DNA of 55,064 nt from Burkholderiales bacterium (GTDB lineage Bacteria > Pseudomonadota > Gammaproteobacteria > Burkholderiales > SG8-39): the NCBI GenBank assembly GCA_052172655.1, contig JBQMQE010000002.1, forward strand, positions 1-55,064, written 5' to 3'. Below, piece after piece: positions 9,701 to 18,591 of the stretch. The notes below the pieces were generated by a model, which saw only the letters and a program-made list of their open reading frames with translations, was not told the DNA's origin and searched no databases. A program made the translations under genes and the position numbers. Numbering within the stretch: position 1 is the stretch's first letter; each line of letters opens with the position of its first letter.

Positions 9701-10403
9701 CTACGATATCGGCTACGGCGGCCTGGACCACGTGCTCGCCTCCGGGCGCAACGTTAACATCCTGGTGCTCGACACCGAGGTCTACAGCAATACCGGCGGA
9801 CAGGCATCCAAGTCCACCCAGCGCGGCGCCGTGGCGAAGTTCGCCGCCGCGGGCAAATCCTCCGGCAAAAAGGATCTGGGCATGATCGCCATGGCCTACG
9901 GTAACGTCTACGTCGCCCAGGTGGCGATGGGCGCCAACCCCGTGCAAACGGCGCGCACGTTCCAGGAAGCGGCCTCCTGGCCGGGCACTTCGCTGATCAT
10001 CGCCTATAGCCAATGCATCGCGCACGGCATCGACATGGCCACCGGCATGAGCCATCAGCGCGATGCGGTCAAAAGCGGCTACCTGACCCTGTACCACTAC
10101 GACCCGCGCTTAGGCATGGGCGGCGCAAGTCAGCCACTCAAGCTCGATTCGCGCAAGCCGACCATGCCGGTCGAGCGCTTCACCATGAAGGAAGGCCGCT
10201 ACGCCATGCTCGCGCGGGCTGACCCGGAGCGCGCGAAACAACTGATGGAGACTGCGCAGTCTGCCGCTGAAGCGCGCTGGAGCCTCTACGAGCAGATGGC
10301 GGGCGTGCAGCGTATCGTGACCGAGGACGGCAAACCCGACCCAGAGGGCGACAGCGCGGTAGGCGCCGCGGCCGCGCCGAGTTCGAAGGAGGAGCAAGCA
10401 TGA
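6765..10403 (+). CDS. nifJ: Pyruvate:ferredoxin (flavodoxin) oxidoreductase, single-chain PFOR, 1212 aa
   Basis: Length and motifs fit: IAIYPITPSS, QSEAGAAGAVHG, two ferredoxin-type CxxCxxCxxxCP motifs (CTQCALCPLMCP; CTGCGICVDICP), the TPP region GGDGWAYDIGYGGLDH, and YSNTGGQ. Confidence 0.95.
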   Translation: MSNRLAVLEGNEAAARIAHLTNEVIAIYPITPSSGMGEFADAWSAARHKNIWGAIPEVIEMQSEAGAAGAVHGSLQAGALTTTFTSSQGLLLMIPNMFKIAGELTPAVFHIAARTVATHALSIFGDHSDVMAARMTGWGMLAAASVQEAQDMAMIAQMATLRSRVPFMHFFDGFRTSHEVNRLELLLEEEVRELIDDELVTAHRARALNPDKPVLRGSAQNPDVFFQAREACNPFYIAVPGIVQESMDRFAQLTKRRYRLFDYQGAADAERVLVQMGSGVGASGEAVRALVARGEKVGLLTVRLYRPFDTQAFVAALPKSVRAIAVLDRTKEPGAIGEPMYQDIVTALVEAWPQDVATPKVIGGRYGLSSKEYTPAMAKATLDELAQKQPKRHFTVGIVDDVTRLSLAVDESFDTETEGVTRAVFYGLGADGTVGATKNSVKIIGENTPLHAQGYFVYDSKKSGAVTISHLRFGPNPIESTYLIRHADFIACHQFEFMAKLDVLALARTGGTFLLNSPYGPDEVWDKLPREAQEQILAKKLKMYVVDALAVAKEAGLAGRINTVTQACFFAISGILPRDEAIEKIKSSIRKTYGKRGESVLNRNFAAVDQSLAALREVQVPGRADSALRRRPVVPRTAPDFVQRVTAMMLGGKGDLLPVSALPIDGTFPTATSQWEKHSIAHEIPIWDAAICTQCALCPLMCPHAAIRMNVYSPDQLKGAPAGFNSVPWRSKEGDGLAGWAYTLQVAPDDCTGCGICVDICPTRNKQEAKRKAINMEPKLDHLEAERRNYEFFLSLPETRPSWDTIDLLKGSQLRMPLFEYSGACAGCGETPYLKLLSQLHGDHLLVANATGCSSIYGGNLPSTPWAQNREGQGPAWANSLFEDNAEFGLGMRLALDAQRDLAQALVRDLRAEIGEDLSTALLEAPQASDQQIHEQRERVKQLKAILPRIKSPQAQQLLAAADSLVTRSVWIVGGDGWAYDIGYGGLDHVLASGRNVNILVLDTEVYSNTGGQASKSTQRGAVAKFAAAGKSSGKKDLGMIAMAYGNVYVAQVAMGANPVQTARTFQEAASWPGTSLIIAYSQCIAHGIDMATGMSHQRDAVKSGYLTLYHYDPRLGMGGASQPLKLDSRKPTMPVERFTMKEGRYAMLARADPERAKQLMETAQSAAEARWSLYEQMAGVQRIVTEDGKPDPEGDSAVGAAAAPSSKEEQA

Positions 10404-11407
10404 GCGCCGACCTGCGCAGCCGTTATCTGGGCCTCGAGCTCAAGAATCCCATCGTGGCCGCGGCCTCGCCCATGACCGGCTCGATAGAGAGCCTCAAGCG
10501 GCTGGAGGACGCCGGCGTCGCCGCCGTCGTACTGCCGTCGCTGTTCGAGGAACAGATCGAGCACGAGGAGATGGCCAGCCACAACCTGATGCTGGCGGGC
10601 GCCGAGATCTCGCCCGAAGCGCACGGCTTCTTTCCGGAGATGCAGAACTACAACACCGGTCCCGACAACTATCTGAAGCTGATCGGCGAGGCAAAAAAGA
10701 CGCTCGCGGTGCCGGTGATCCCCAGCCTGAACGGCTACACGCCGGGCGGTTGGACACACATGGCCAAGCAGTTCGAGCAAGCCGGCGCCGACGCGCTCGA
10801 ACTGAACATCTACTTTCTCGCCACCGATCCCGAGGACACAAGCACCGAAATAGAGAAGCGATACATCGACCTGGTGGCATCGGTCAGCCGCATGGTTTCG
10901 ATTCCGGTGGCGGTAAAGGTATCGCCCTACTTCAGCTCCATGGCCAATATGGCTGCGCGGCTCGCCGCGGCCGGCGCGACGGGCCTGGTGCTGTTCAACC
11001 GCTTCATACAACCCGACATCCATCTCGACGAACTCGAGGTGGCGCCGCATCTGGTGCTGTCGACTTCAGACGAACTGCGTCTCGCGCTGCGCTGGATCGC
11101 CATCCTGCGCGGCCGCGTAAAGGCGAGCCTGGCCGCAACGGGCGGAGCGCATACCGCGGACGACGTGCTGAAGCTGCTGCTCGCAGGCGCCGACTGCGTC
11201 ATGGTCGCGAGCAGCCTGCTGCGCAAGGGGCCGAACCATATCGCCACTCTGGTCAGTGGCATCGAAGAATGGATGACCGAGCGCGAATACGACTCGGTCG
11301 AGCAACTGAAGGGCTCGCTCAGCCAACTGTCCTGCCCCGACCCGGCCGCCTTCGAGCGCAGCAATTACATGAAGGCGCTGACCTCGTATACCGGCGATTT
11401 GACTTAG
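10400..11407 (+). CDS. Dihydroorotate dehydrogenase-like flavoprotein (TIM barrel) lacking the catalytic Ser/Cys loop, 335 aa
   Basis: The ATG at 10400 overlaps the nifJ TGA (ATGA). DHOD-family features are present: LKNPIVAAAS, VAVKVSP, ATGGAHTADDVLKLLLAGADCVMVAS. Where class 1 DHOD and DPD have LNxSCP(N/H), this protein has LELNIYFLATDP. Confidence 0.8.
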   Translation: MSADLRSRYLGLELKNPIVAAASPMTGSIESLKRLEDAGVAAVVLPSLFEEQIEHEEMASHNLMLAGAEISPEAHGFFPEMQNYNTGPDNYLKLIGEAKKTLAVPVIPSLNGYTPGGWTHMAKQFEQAGADALELNIYFLATDPEDTSTEIEKRYIDLVASVSRMVSIPVAVKVSPYFSSMANMAARLAAAGATGLVLFNRFIQPDIHLDELEVAPHLVLSTSDELRLALRWIAILRGRVKASLAATGGAHTADDVLKLLLAGADCVMVASSLLRKGPNHIATLVSGIEEWMTEREYDSVEQLKGSLSQLSCPDPAAFERSNYMKALTSYTGDLT

Positions 11408-11539
11408 ACGACGCGGCCTCCGGCGGGCCGCATCATTCCCAAGCCGGATCGTCCCGAAACGCCGGAGCAGTTGCTCGAAAAATGCCGCAACCTGCTCGGC
11501 TGACAGCCGTCCAGCGCAGCCGCGCCGGACGGCGTCAAC

Positions 11540-12817
11540 TCAGAACAGCAGGTTCGGCAGCCAAAGCGTTATGATCGGCACGTAGGTCACAATCACGAGG
11601 AATACGAGCAGGACCGACAGCCACGGCACGGCCGCGCGCACGACCTCGCCGATCGACATTCCGGTGATGCCTGCTGTGACGAAAAGATTGAGGCCGATCG
11701 GCGGCGTCACCATGCCGATCTCGAGGTTTACCACCATGATGATCCCCAGATGCACCGGGTCGATGCCGAGTTGCGTGGCAATCGGAAACAGGATCGGCGC
11801 CAGGATCAGGATGATCCCGGTGGGCTCCATGAACGCGCCTGCCGCGAGCAGCAGCACATTGACAACGATGAGGAAGCCCCACGAAGGCATGCCCCAGGCG
11901 ACGATCTGCTCGGCGATCACCTGCGGAATGCGCTCGGTGGTGAGCACGTGTGCGAACAGCAGCGCGTTGGCGATAATGAACATCAGCATTACCGTCACCT
12001 TGGACGCGTCCACCAGCACGCTGGGCACCTTGCTAAAACCAATATCCCTATAGACGAATACCGCGATCAGGAAAGCGTAGACTGCGGCGACCGCAGCCGC
12101 CTCCGTCGGCGTGAAAATCCCGCCGTAGATGCCGCCGAGAATGATGACCAGCAGCAGCAGGCCCCAGATCGAGTCGCGCCCCGCCACCAGCACCTCGTTT
12201 AGCGACGCGCGCGGCTGGCGCGGCAGGTTCTTGATACGCGCAAGAACCCAGATGGCGATCATCAGCATCAGTCCGAGCACGATCCCCGGCACCACGCCGG
12301 CCATGAACAGTTTGCCCACCGAAGTCTCGGTGGCCGCGCCATATACCACCATCACGATCGACGGCGGGATCAGGATGCCCAGGGTGCCAGCATTGCACAC
12401 GACCCCCGCGGCAAAAGCTTTTGGGTAGCCCGAGCGCACCATCCCGGCAATCACTATCGAGCCGACCGCGACCACGGTTGCGGGCGAGGAGCCCGACACC
12501 GCCGCAAACAGCATGCACGCCAGTACCGACGCAATCGCGAGGCCCCCGCGCAGGTGCCCGACGCAGGCGATGGCGAAGCGGATCATGCGTTTGGCCACGC
12601 CACCAGTGGTCATGAACGCGCCCGACAGGATGAAATACGGGATCGCCAACAAGGTAAAGTGTTCGGAGGTTTCGAACAGTTTCAGCGACAGCGAGGCGAG
12701 CGAATCATGGCCGAACACCATGATGGTCAGCAGTGACGACAGCCCGAGCGCAACCGCCACCGGCATGCCGAGCAGCATGAAGATGAACAACATCACGAAC
12801 AGCGCGAGAGTGGTCAA
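11540..12817 (-). CDS. dctM: TRAP transporter large permease DctM
   Basis: 425-aa polytopic membrane protein with the typical DctM N-terminus (MPVAVALGLSSL..) and 4-nt overlap with the upstream dctQ. Confidence 0.9.
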   Translation of the reverse strand: MTTLALFVMLFIFMLLGMPVAVALGLSSLLTIMVFGHDSLASLSLKLFETSEHFTLLAIPYFILSGAFMTTGGVAKRMIRFAIACVGHLRGGLAIASVLACMLFAAVSGSSPATVVAVGSIVIAGMVRSGYPKAFAAGVVCNAGTLGILIPPSIVMVVYGAATETSVGKLFMAGVVPGIVLGLMLMIAIWVLARIKNLPRQPRASLNEVLVAGRDSIWGLLLLVIILGGIYGGIFTPTEAAAVAAVYAFLIAVFVYRDIGFSKVPSVLVDASKVTVMLMFIIANALLFAHVLTTERIPQVIAEQIVAWGMPSWGFLIVVNVLLLAAGAFMEPTGIILILAPILFPIATQLGIDPVHLGIIMVVNLEIGMVTPPIGLNLFVTAGITGMSIGEVVRAAVPWLSVLLVFLVIVTYVPIITLWLPNLLF

Positions 12818-13365
12818 TTGCCCCCCTGCGTCGGCGGCTCGGCATCATTGCTGCGCAACTTGAGCGCCTCCTCCACTTCGTCGCCCAGCAGGTGGGCTTC
12901 CTTGCCCGTCAGGAGTTGGTAGAGTACCTGTCCAAAGCGGAAGAACAAGAACCCGAAACCGAATGGAAGCACCAGCCGCGGAACCCACTGCGGGATCGGG
13001 ATATCCTGCGCCATGATGCCGATTTGATACATCTTGGCGACGTATACCCAGCCACCGTAGAACACGATCGCCGCGTAGAGCATGCACAGCAACGTGGCCA
13101 CCACGCCGAGCGCACGCGCCTTCGCCGGCGGCAAGCTCTTGACCAGCGCGTCGACGCCGATGTGGCCCCCGACGCGCACACCGTAGGACATGCCAAGAAA
13201 GATCAGAAAGGCGAATAGGTAAGTAACCAGCTCCAGCGCCCAGATGAAGCTGAAATTGAATACATAGCGCGCCACCACCTGAGTGAAGCTGATGAGCGTC
13301 ATGACCGTGAGGAGGAGGGCAATTAGCCCTTCCTCCGCCCGGTCGACGACCTTGCCGAAACTCAT
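12814..13365 (-). CDS. dctQ: TRAP transporter small permease DctQ
   Basis: 183 aa with 4 predicted TM segments, positioned between dctP and dctM. Confidence 0.85.
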   Translation of the reverse strand: MSFGKVVDRAEEGLIALLLTVMTLISFTQVVARYVFNFSFIWALELVTYLFAFLIFLGMSYGVRVGGHIGVDALVKSLPPAKARALGVVATLLCMLYAAIVFYGGWVYVAKMYQIGIMAQDIPIPQWVPRLVLPFGFGFLFFRFGQVLYQLLTGKEAHLLGDEVEEALKLRSNDAEPPTQGGN

Positions 13366-13407
13366 GACACCCCCCCTCCTACGCCATTGGCGGTAGCAGC
13401 GCCGCGC

Positions 13408-14412
<1,005 letters not shown>

Positions 14413-14660
14413 TTAAACAAACAAATGTGGTACGTTGCCATAGCGCGCACGAATATCTTTGCGCTAGATCAAAGGTTTCCCTCACGGCTTTGCCGGCGCG
14501 CAATCTTCTTTCATACATACGCGCCACGGGAGCGCGCAATGGGATCGCATACACGAACGGAACTATTTCAGAATTGCCAGTGGGAAACTTCCAAATTGAA
14601 TCAAAAACTGCCCCTGGCGAGTCTCTGCGGACCCTTGTTTGGGTAACCTACCAAAAAATT

Positions 14661-14737
14661 TGGTAGGCGCGATTGGACTCGAACCAACGACCCCCACCAT
14701 GTCAAGGTGATGCTCTAACCAGCTGAGCTACGCGCCT
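14661..14737 (-). tRNA. tRNA-Val (anticodon GAC), CCA encoded
   Basis: The reverse complement reads AGGCGCGTAGCTCAGCTGGTTAGAGCATCACCTTGACATGGTGGGGGTCGTTGGTTCGAGTCCAATCGCGCCTACCA. It has a 7-bp acceptor stem, anticodon loop TTGACAT and GGTTCGAGTCC T-arm, and is close to E. coli tRNA-Val(GAC). Confidence 0.92.
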
Positions 14738-14749
14738 AAATGTCCGCGC

Positions 14750-14778
14750 ATTCTAGCCGAAAGCGGCGACTGGCACAA
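14750..14778 (-). promoter_or_regulatory. Sigma70-type promoter for tRNA-Val (TTGTGC-N17-TAGAAT with a GC-rich discriminator)
   Basis: The -10 TAGAAT is the rc of 14750-14755 and the -35 TTGTGC is the rc of 14773-14778. The discriminator GCGCGG precedes the mature 5' end by about 12 nt. Confidence 0.45.
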
Positions 14779-14941
14779 ACCGCGCCGCGCTTCCAAGCGG
14801 TCGGTCCGCAGCGGGATTCGGAATCATCAGCGTCGAGCCTGGCGCCGCGGCGCCGCTTGGAGTCTGGCCGGTTTGGAACGAGGGAGCACGCCCGCATGTA
14901 TTCCCTCAGATCAGAGTCGGACAAAATCCGTTTTCACCGGC

Positions 14942-16603
14942 TCAGCACAGACTCAGCATTTCCGCTGCATGCTTGCGCGTGATGGCGGTAATCTCGGTCC
15001 CCCCCAGCATGCGCGCCACCTCCTCGATCCGTTCTTTCTGGTCAAGCACCGATACCATGGTCTTCACCCTGCCCTCGATGCCGAATTTGCTCACCGACCA
15101 TTGCTGGTCGGCCTGGGCCGCCACCTGCGGCAGATGCGTGACGCACAGCACCTGGTGTTCGCGCCCCAGAGTCCTGAGCTGGCGGCCGACGATCTCGGCC
15201 ACACCACCGCCTATGCCGGCGTCCACCTCGTCGAAAATCAAGGTCGGCACCAGCGCCGCCTTGCTGGTGATCACCTGGATGGCAAGACTGATGCGCGAGA
15301 GTTCGCCGCCGGAGGCCACTTTGGCGAGCGAGCGCGCCTCCACCCCCGGATTGGCGGCGACCAGAAACTCGACCAGTTCCGCGCCATGCAGGCTGCCCTC
15401 CGGCGGATACGGGTTGAGCGCCACCTCGAACTTGCCGCCCGCCATGGCGAGTTGTTGCATCGCCTGCGTCACCTCCTTGCCGAGCTTGGCGGCGGCCTTT
15501 TTCCTGCCCGCGCTCAGCTTGGCCGCCAGGTCGAAGTAGCTCGTGCGCGCCTGCTGCTCCTCCCTCACCAGAGTCTCCAGGTTGGAGGCAATCTCAAGTT
15601 CGGCCAGGCGCGCCTGCAGTTGCCGCAGGTGTTCGGGCAGTTCCTGCGGCGCCAGGCGGAACTTGCGTGCGCTGCCGTGAATCGCCTCCATGCGCGCCTC
15701 CACCGCGGCGAACCGCTGCGGGTCCAGTTCGAGCCGGTCCGCGTAATGGCGCAGTGCGTAGACAGCCTCCTGCACCTGCGCCTCGCCCGAGCGGATGAGT
15801 TCGAGTGCGTCGCGCAGGTGTGCGTCGTAGTCCAGCAATGCCTCCAGCCGCGCGCCCGTGCGCGCGAGCAGCGGCAGGCAGGCCGCGTCGGCCTCCGACA
15901 GGGTATCCAGCGCCGCCTGCACGCCCTCGATCAGCCCGGTCGCATGCGCCAGACGGGTGTGTTCGGCCTGCACCGCATCCCATTCGCCGGGCTGCAGCGC
16001 CAACTGCTCGAGTTCGCGCGCCTGCCAATGCAGCTGCTCGCGTTCGGCATTGCGCTGCGCCGCGTGGGTCTCGTACTCGGTGCGCGCCTGCGCCAGCTTC
16101 TGCCATTGCCGATACGCCGCCGCCACCTGGGCCGCGAGCGGCGCGAGGCCGGCGTGCGCATCCAGCAATGCGCGCTGGGCATCGGCTTTGAGCAGGGACT
16201 GGTGCGCATGCTGGCCGTGGATGTCTACCAGCCATTCGCCCGCCTCGCGTAACTGGCCGAGCGTGGCCGGCCGGCCGTTGACGAACGCGCGCGAGCGCCC
16301 GTTCTTGTCGATTACCCGGCGCAACAGGAGCAGGCCGGGATCGCCCTCGAGCTCGGCCGCGCGCAGCCATAGTGCGAGTTCTGGCAGCGTCTGGATGTCG
16401 AATTCGGCGCTGACGTCCGCGCGCTCGCAACCGGCGCGCACCGCGGCCGCATCGCCGCGCTCGCCCAGAGTCAGCGCCAGCGCGTCGACGAGGATGGACT
16501 TGCCGGCGCCGGTTTCGCCGGTGAGCACTGTAAACCCGGCGTGGAATTCGAGTTCGAGCGAATCGACAATGACAAAATCGCGGATGCTGAGCGTCCGCAG
16601 CAT
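14942..16603 (-). CDS. recN: DNA repair protein RecN
   Basis: MLRTLSIRDFVIVDSLELEFHAGFTVLTGETGAGKSI.., followed by long coiled-coil and a C-terminal SGGELSRISLA signature. The start was moved to the ATG at 16603, which matches the E. coli N-terminus. Confidence 0.92.
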   Translation of the reverse strand: MLRTLSIRDFVIVDSLELEFHAGFTVLTGETGAGKSILVDALALTLGERGDAAAVRAGCERADVSAEFDIQTLPELALWLRAAELEGDPGLLLLRRVIDKNGRSRAFVNGRPATLGQLREAGEWLVDIHGQHAHQSLLKADAQRALLDAHAGLAPLAAQVAAAYRQWQKLAQARTEYETHAAQRNAEREQLHWQARELEQLALQPGEWDAVQAEHTRLAHATGLIEGVQAALDTLSEADAACLPLLARTGARLEALLDYDAHLRDALELIRSGEAQVQEAVYALRHYADRLELDPQRFAAVEARMEAIHGSARKFRLAPQELPEHLRQLQARLAELEIASNLETLVREEQQARTSYFDLAAKLSAGRKKAAAKLGKEVTQAMQQLAMAGGKFEVALNPYPPEGSLHGAELVEFLVAANPGVEARSLAKVASGGELSRISLAIQVITSKAALVPTLIFDEVDAGIGGGVAEIVGRQLRTLGREHQVLCVTHLPQVAAQADQQWSVSKFGIEGRVKTMVSVLDQKERIEEVARMLGGTEITAITRKHAAEMLSLC

Positions 16604-16605
16604 AT

Positions 16606-17499
16606 CTACATTTCGCTCCAATGCAGCTTCTCGCGCAACATGGCGTAGTAGCTGTAGCCGGGCGGATGGACAAAGCGGATGGAATGCGCCGCGCGGCGCA
16701 CGATCACCTTGTCATCGACTGCCAGCTCGGAATGCGGCTGACCGTCGAAATGCAGGCTCGCGCCGAGGGCACGCTGCTTGATGGTAATCTCGATCACACA
16801 GCGGTCGCTCACTGTAATCGGGCGATTGGACAGCGTATGCGGACAGACAGGTACCAGCGCGATACCGGGCACGTTCGGCTGCAATATCGGACCATTGGAG
16901 GAAAGCGCGTAGGCGGTGGAGCCTGTGGGGGTGGCCACGATGATGCCATCGGAGCGCAGATCGTAGACGAACTGGCCGTCGATATGCACCAGGAACTCGA
17001 TCATGCGGCCGGTCGCACCCTTGTTAACGACGATATCGTTGAGCGCCTGGGTGCTGAAAACCTCCTTTTCCCCGCGCAGCACCCGAGCCTCCAGCATGAT
17101 GCGCTCTTCGATTGTGTACTGGCCGGAGAGCAGCAGCTCGATGGTTTCCCGCATGTTCGAGAACGCGATGTCGGTCATGAACCCTAGCCGCCCCTGGTTT
17201 ATCCCGACCAGGGGCACTGCGTGAGCGGCCAGATGACGCGCGGCCGAAAGCATGCTGCCGTCGCCACCCAACACCACGGCGAGATCGGCCCGCTCGCCGA
17301 TGGCGGCATAATCCGCGGCGGTGAAACTGTTCCTGCCAATCTTGGCTGCAGTCTCTTTTTCGATCAACACGGCGCAGCCGCGCTGCTGCAGCAGCTGCGC
17401 CAAACCGAGCAGCGACTCGGCGATTTCGGCAGTGTTATAGCGGCCGATCAGTGCGACGGTTTTGAACGCGGGGGGCATCACGTTGAAATTAAACCACAT
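16606..17499 (-). CDS. nadK: NAD kinase
   Basis: Contains GGDGSMLSAAR and GINQGRLGFMTD. The stop lies 2 nt before the recN ATG. The start is uncertain (ATG at 17499 or 17478). Confidence 0.87.
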   Translation of the reverse strand: MWFNFNVMPPAFKTVALIGRYNTAEIAESLLGLAQLLQQRGCAVLIEKETAAKIGRNSFTAADYAAIGERADLAVVLGGDGSMLSAARHLAAHAVPLVGINQGRLGFMTDIAFSNMRETIELLLSGQYTIEERIMLEARVLRGEKEVFSTQALNDIVVNKGATGRMIEFLVHIDGQFVYDLRSDGIIVATPTGSTAYALSSNGPILQPNVPGIALVPVCPHTLSNRPITVSDRCVIEITIKQRALGASLHFDGQPHSELAVDDKVIVRRAAHSIRFVHPPGYSYYAMLREKLHWSEM

Positions 17500-17551
17500 C
17501 GCCCCTATTTCGTGTTGATGAAGACGAGTAAATTGTGGGTAGAATGCAACC

Positions 17552-18571
17552 ATGCTTGACCGCCGCGCCCAGATTCTGCTCAAAACCCTGGTAGAACGCT
17601 ATATTGCCGAAGGCCAGCCGGTCGGCTCGCGCGCGCTGTCGCGCTATTCCGGATTGGACCTGTCGCCGGCGACGATCCGCAACATCATGTCGGATCTGGA
17701 GGAGCTGGGATTCATCTCCAGCCCGCACACCTCGGCCGGGCGCGTGCCCACGCCGCGCGGCTATCGCATTTTTGTCGACACCCTGCTCACCATCAAGCCG
17801 CTGGAGCAAGTCGAATTGAGGGAGATCGAAGGCAATCTGCATCCGGATAACCCGCAGCGTTTGATCAGTTCGGCCTCGCAGCTCTTGTCGCAACTGTCCC
17901 ATTTTGCCGGTGTGGTGGCCTCGCCGAGGCGCAAGTCCGCCGCCTTCCGCCATATCGAGTTTCTCGCGCTTTCGGAAAAGCGTGTTCTGCTCATCATCGT
18001 CACCCCAGACGGAGACGTGCAGAACCGGATCCTGTTTACGGACAAGACCTATACGCCGGCACAGCTCACCATGGCCGCAAATTTCCTCAATCAGAATTAT
18101 GCCGGGTTTACATTCGACGAAATCCGCCGGCGGGTACAGGCGGAGTTGAAGCAGTTGCACCAGGATATGACCTCGCTCATGACAGCAGCGTTGGAAGCGG
18201 GCAACCAGGCCTTGAACGAAAACACGGAGAACTACGTCATTTCCGGGGAGAGAAACCTGCTCGATTCAACCGACCTCGCCTCCAATATGGCGCGGCTGCG
18301 GGAATTGTTCGAACTGTTCGACAAGAAAACCCTGTTCGTGCAGATCCTCGACATGAGCACGCGCGCGCAAGGCGTGCAGATTTTCATCGGCGGGGAATCG
18401 GGCGCCTCGGTGCTGGACGAGTGCAGCGTGGTCACCGCCCCCTACACCGTGGACGGACGGATAGTGGGCACCGTCGGCGTGATCGGCCCGACGCGCATGG
18501 CCTACGAACGCGTGATTCCCATCGTCGACATTACGGCGAAGCTGCTCTCCAGCGCGCTTTCCAGCAACTGA
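17552..18571 (+). CDS. hrcA: Heat-inducible transcription repressor HrcA
   Basis: [30 protein letters not shown].. is a typical HrcA N-terminus; 339 aa. Confidence 0.92.
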   Translation: MLDRRAQILLKTLVERYIAEGQPVGSRALSRYSGLDLSPATIRNIMSDLEELGFISSPHTSAGRVPTPRGYRIFVDTLLTIKPLEQVELREIEGNLHPDNPQRLISSASQLLSQLSHFAGVVASPRRKSAAFRHIEFLALSEKRVLLIIVTPDGDVQNRILFTDKTYTPAQLTMAANFLNQNYAGFTFDEIRRRVQAELKQLHQDMTSLMTAALEAGNQALNENTENYVISGERNLLDSTDLASNMARLRELFELFDKKTLFVQILDMSTRAQGVQIFIGGESGASVLDECSVVTAPYTVDGRIVGTVGVIGPTRMAYERVIPIVDITAKLLSSALSSN

Positions 18572-18591
18572 TCGCGCCGCGGCCACAGTCG

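Noticed and set aside
11413-11431. Hairpin gcggcc-tccggcg-ggccgc after the DHOD-like gene, considered as a terminator.
   Set aside because: The stem is only 6 bp with no T-run. A second 7-bp hairpin nearby is equally weak, so I cannot support a terminator call.
14459-14472. FNR-like TTGCG-CTAG-ATCAA upstream of dctP.
   Set aside because: It matches only 8/10 positions, and I could not find a -10 at class II distance. This is too weak to call, though it fits the anaerobic theme.
14640-14737. tRNA-Val 3' end as an integration (att) site for a genomic island.
   Set aside because: The repeat of the tRNA 3' end is inverted, not direct. There is no integrase or foreign-looking DNA on either side; the flanks are recN and dctP.
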